A stretch of DNA of 63,433 bases, the filler included, from Psammoneis japonica (lineage: Eukaryota), in assembly GCA_008632985.1 (NCBI GenBank). It is 3 parts of 3 records of this genome, joined end to end, with 100 filler letters (N's around TTAATTAATTAA, not from the genome) between each part and the next. Parts side by side here need not be neighbours in the genome. Positions count along the whole stretch, not along the records: positions 51,316 to 63,433 come from QPGO01000461.1; 2 more parts are not named here. One strand, written 5' to 3'. The notes beneath the pieces are model-generated. The model made no database searches, was not told where the DNA came from, and worked only from the letters and a program-made list of their open reading frames with translations. Every line of letters begins with the position of its first letter. The first letter of the stretch is position 1. Of this stretch, positions 60,030 through 63,433 are shown one piece after another. The translations under genes were made by a program, and so were the position numbers.

Positions 60030-62165
60030 ATGTCTTTTCAAGGAAAACAAACATGTTTTCCTTGAAAAGACATGTTTGTTTTCCTTGAAAAGACATGTTT
60101 GTTTTCCTTGAAACCACATGCTTGTTTTCCTTGAAACCACATGTTTGTTTTCCTTGAAAAGACATGTTTGTTTTCCTTGAAAAGACACGTTTGTTTTCCT
60201 TGAAACCACATGTTTGTTTTCCTTGAAACGACATGTTTGTTTTCCTTGAAACGACATGTTTGTTCTCCTTGAAAAGACATGTTTGTTTTCAAGACATGCC
60301 TGTTTTCCTTGAAATGACATGTTTGTTTTCATTGAAAAGACACGCCTGTTTTCCCTGAAAAGACATGTTTGTTTTCCTTGAAACAACACGTTTGTTTTCT
60401 TTGAAACAACATGTTTGTTTTCCTTGAAACCACTTGTTTGTTTTCCTTGAAACGACATGCTTGTTTTCCATGAAACGACATGTTTGTTTTCATTGAAACG
60501 ACATGTTTGTTTTCCTTGAAACGACACGCAAACATGTTTTTTCAAAGAAAACAAACATGTCTTTTCAAGGAAAACAAATGTGTCATTTCAGGGAAAACAA
60601 ACATGTGGTTTCAGGGAAAACAACCATGTCTTTTCAAGGAAAACAAACGTGCATTTTCAAGAAAAACAAACGTGTCATTTCAAAGAAAACAAACATGTCT
60701 CTTCAAGGAAAACAAATGTGTCGTTTCAAGGAAAACAAACATGTGGTTTCAAGGAAAACAAACATGTCTTTTCAAAGAAAACAAACATTTCTTTTCAAAG
60801 AAAACAAACATGTCATTTCAAGGAAAACAAACATGTCTTTTCAAGGAAAAACAAACATGTCTTTTCAAGGAAAACAAACATGTCGTTTCAAGGAAAACAA
60901 ATGTGTCTTTTCAAGGAAAACAAACATGTCTTTTCAAGGAAAACAAACACGCCGTTTCAAGGAAAACAAACGTTTCGTTTCAAAGAAAACAAATGTGTCT
61001 TTTCAAGGAAAACAAACATGTCTTTTCAATGAAAACAAACACGTCATTTCAAGGATGACAAACATGTCGTTTCAAGGAAAACAAACATGTGTTTTCAAGG
61101 AAAACAAACACGTGGTTTCAAGGAAAACAAACATGTTGTTTCATGGAAAACAAACGTGTTGTTTCAAGGAAAACAAAACATGTCATTTTAAGGAAAACAA
61201 GCATGTGTTTTCAAGGAAAACAAACGTGTTGTTTCAATTAAAACAAACATGTTGTTTCATGGAAAACAAACATGTCATTTCAAGGAAAAAAAACATGTCT
61301 TTTCAAGAAAAACAAACACGTGGTTTCAAGGAAAACAAACGTGTGTTTTTAAGGAAAACAAAGGTGTCTTTTCAAGGAAAGCAAACATGTCATTTCAAGG
61401 AAAACAAACATGTTGTTTCAAGGAAAACAAACATGTGTTTTCAAGAAAAACAAACATGTGATTTCAAGGAAAACAAACATGTCGTTTCACGGAAAACAAG
61501 CATGTCTTTTCAATGAAAACGAGCGTGTCTTTTCAAGAAAAACAAACGTGTCCTTTCAAGGAAAACAAATGTGTCGTTTCAGGGAAAACAAACATGTGGT
61601 TTCACAGAAAACAAACATGTTTTTTCAAGAAAAACAAACATGTCTTTTCAAGAAAAACAAACATGTTGTTTCAAAGAAAACAAACATGTCTTTTCAAGGA
61701 AAACAATCATGTGGTTTCAAGGAAAACAAACATGTGGTTTCAAGGAAAACAAACATGTCTTTTCAAGGAAAACAAACATGTCGTTTCAAGGAAAACAAAC
61801 ATGTGTTTTCAAGAAAAACAAACACGTCGTTTCACGGAAAACAAACATGTCTTTTCAAGAAAAACAAACATGTCTTTTCAAGGAAAACAAACATGTCTTT
61901 TCAAGGAAAACAAACGTGTCATTTCAGGGAAAACAAACATGTGGTTTCAAGGAAAACAAACATGTCTTTTCAAAGAAAACAAACATGTCTTTTCAAGAAA
62001 AACAAACACGTTGTTTCAAAGAAAACAAACATGTCTTTTCAAGGAAAACAAACGTGTCATTTCAAGGAAAACAAACATGTGGTTTCAAGGAAAACAAACA
62101 TGTGGTTTCAAGGAAAACAAGCGTGTCTTTTCAAGGAAAACAAACATGTCTTTTCAAGGAAAACT
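60030..62165. repeat. 23-bp satellite array with an orientation switch at about 60527
   Basis: Units read ...TTTTCCTTGAAA up to about 60525, then TTTCAAGGAAAA... afterwards. Confidence 0.95.
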
Positions 62166-63433
62166 GTCATGTTCAGTTGGACAAATGCTGTGCAACGATG
62201 CTGTTCACAACACATGCCTGAATGTGTGCTGCACTTCCTGAGGTTGCTGGCTTGAATTGGCCTCAAATCGAAGCCTCCTTTTCTTTCTTGGCCTGCCCCT
62301 TTCCAACCCCATCCGGGGTGGGCGGCTGGGCTTCGAACCCACTCCTCCCTTGGCCGGATGCGCCACATGGCACCAACCCATCCTGCCTGACAGAGGGAGT
62401 GCATGGTCAAATTTGCAAGTCCGCTGTGCAGATGTGCCACATGGCGGCAACCCATCCTGCGATGAGAGGGAGAGTTGGACAAATGCTGTGTGATGATGCT
62501 GTGCACAACACACGCATCAGAGTGCAAAAAATGTTAAAAATGTGTGGATTTGCATGATGACAATTTGTCAAAATGTTGCAAAAAATTGTTGTTGCACAAT
62601 GACAGGCCAACCTCTGGTTGCAAGTTTGCTGCGCCAATGTCACGACAACTTGTTGAGAATCATGTGCGCCATTTTTCACTGTGTCCACATCGCCGTTTCT
62701 GCCTCCACCTTGTTGCCATGTGCCAATCCATGGTTGCATTGCCGCACAATCCTTGGTTTGTCAATTTTTGCAAACAGGGGTGTGATCACAGAACCACTTG
62801 CACGCCTGCTTGTTCCTTCGTTTGCTGCCGGCGACAGTGTCTGGGCCAAGCAGATCCCATGTCGGCACAATCGGGATGTCTTTCTTTTCATTCTTGTCCC
62901 GGCTTGACTTTTTCCTGCCTTGCTTTTTCCTCTTGACTGCCGCCTTGAGTTTCTTTTCTTTTTCCTTTCCCTCTTCCTTGGTGACAACGCCTGCACAGAC
63001 AAAGCATCACCGTCATCTTCTTGTGAGATGCGCGCAACTCTTGAGTCACACACATTGGTCACCCAACTCATGGGCCATTGCCTCCGCCCCAACAGCCGAG
63101 CACACCGTGTTTCTGAGATTGTCAACTTGCCTTTTTGCCGCCTTTTTTGCCCATTCCTCTCAAGTTCCTGACCAATTTGAAGTGTCCATGTTGCCACCAG
63201 CAATCTGTTTCTTGACAAACATTGAGACGCTCCCGTTGCTTGCCAATTCTGACGGACTGAGAAACTTCACCTGTGGAAAGAGATCATTTCCAGCCACCTT
63301 CTCCACTTCTGGTTTCAGCGCACCATGCACTGCCTGCGTGCCCGTTCTCTTCAACACTGCCTGAAGTCTCGGGCTCATTGGCTCAACAGTCTCATTTTTT
63401 CTTCTCTTCTTTGCAGCGGTGCTGGAGACGACA

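Overview
This is eukaryotic DNA, most likely from a diatom: it has an ASAF-type plastid presequence, a p10-first metacaspase, CoDi-like Copia elements and GT-AG introns. It is three unrelated contigs joined by artificial N-TTAATTAATTAA-N linkers: 1-25868, 25969-51215 and 51316-63433. Contig 1 is a transposon graveyard. It holds degenerate DIRS/Ngaro-like pieces and a Helitron-type Rep-helicase, which is flanked by DOT1-like, TET/JBP-like and SET-domain ORFs. Contig 2 is gene-rich (PIG-C, 2H phosphodiesterase, Topo VI-B-like, plastid PEP synthase, MLO-like/EF-hand protein, arrestin-domain protein) and contains one near-full-length Copia element. Contig 3 is a 23-bp satellite with a large inversion and a Copia fragment. 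The main signal is that every repeat-derived stretch, but none of the single-copy host genes, has lost most TpA dinucleotides by TA->TG / TA->CA transitions. Tyr codons became Cys/His, catalytic tyrosines and at least one inferred stop codon were lost, and 3 of the 4 differences between the Copia LTRs are of this type. It looks like a repeat-targeted hypermutation process running opposite to fungal RIP. The second signal is a putative Helitron carrying a cassette of chromatin/DNA-modifying genes.
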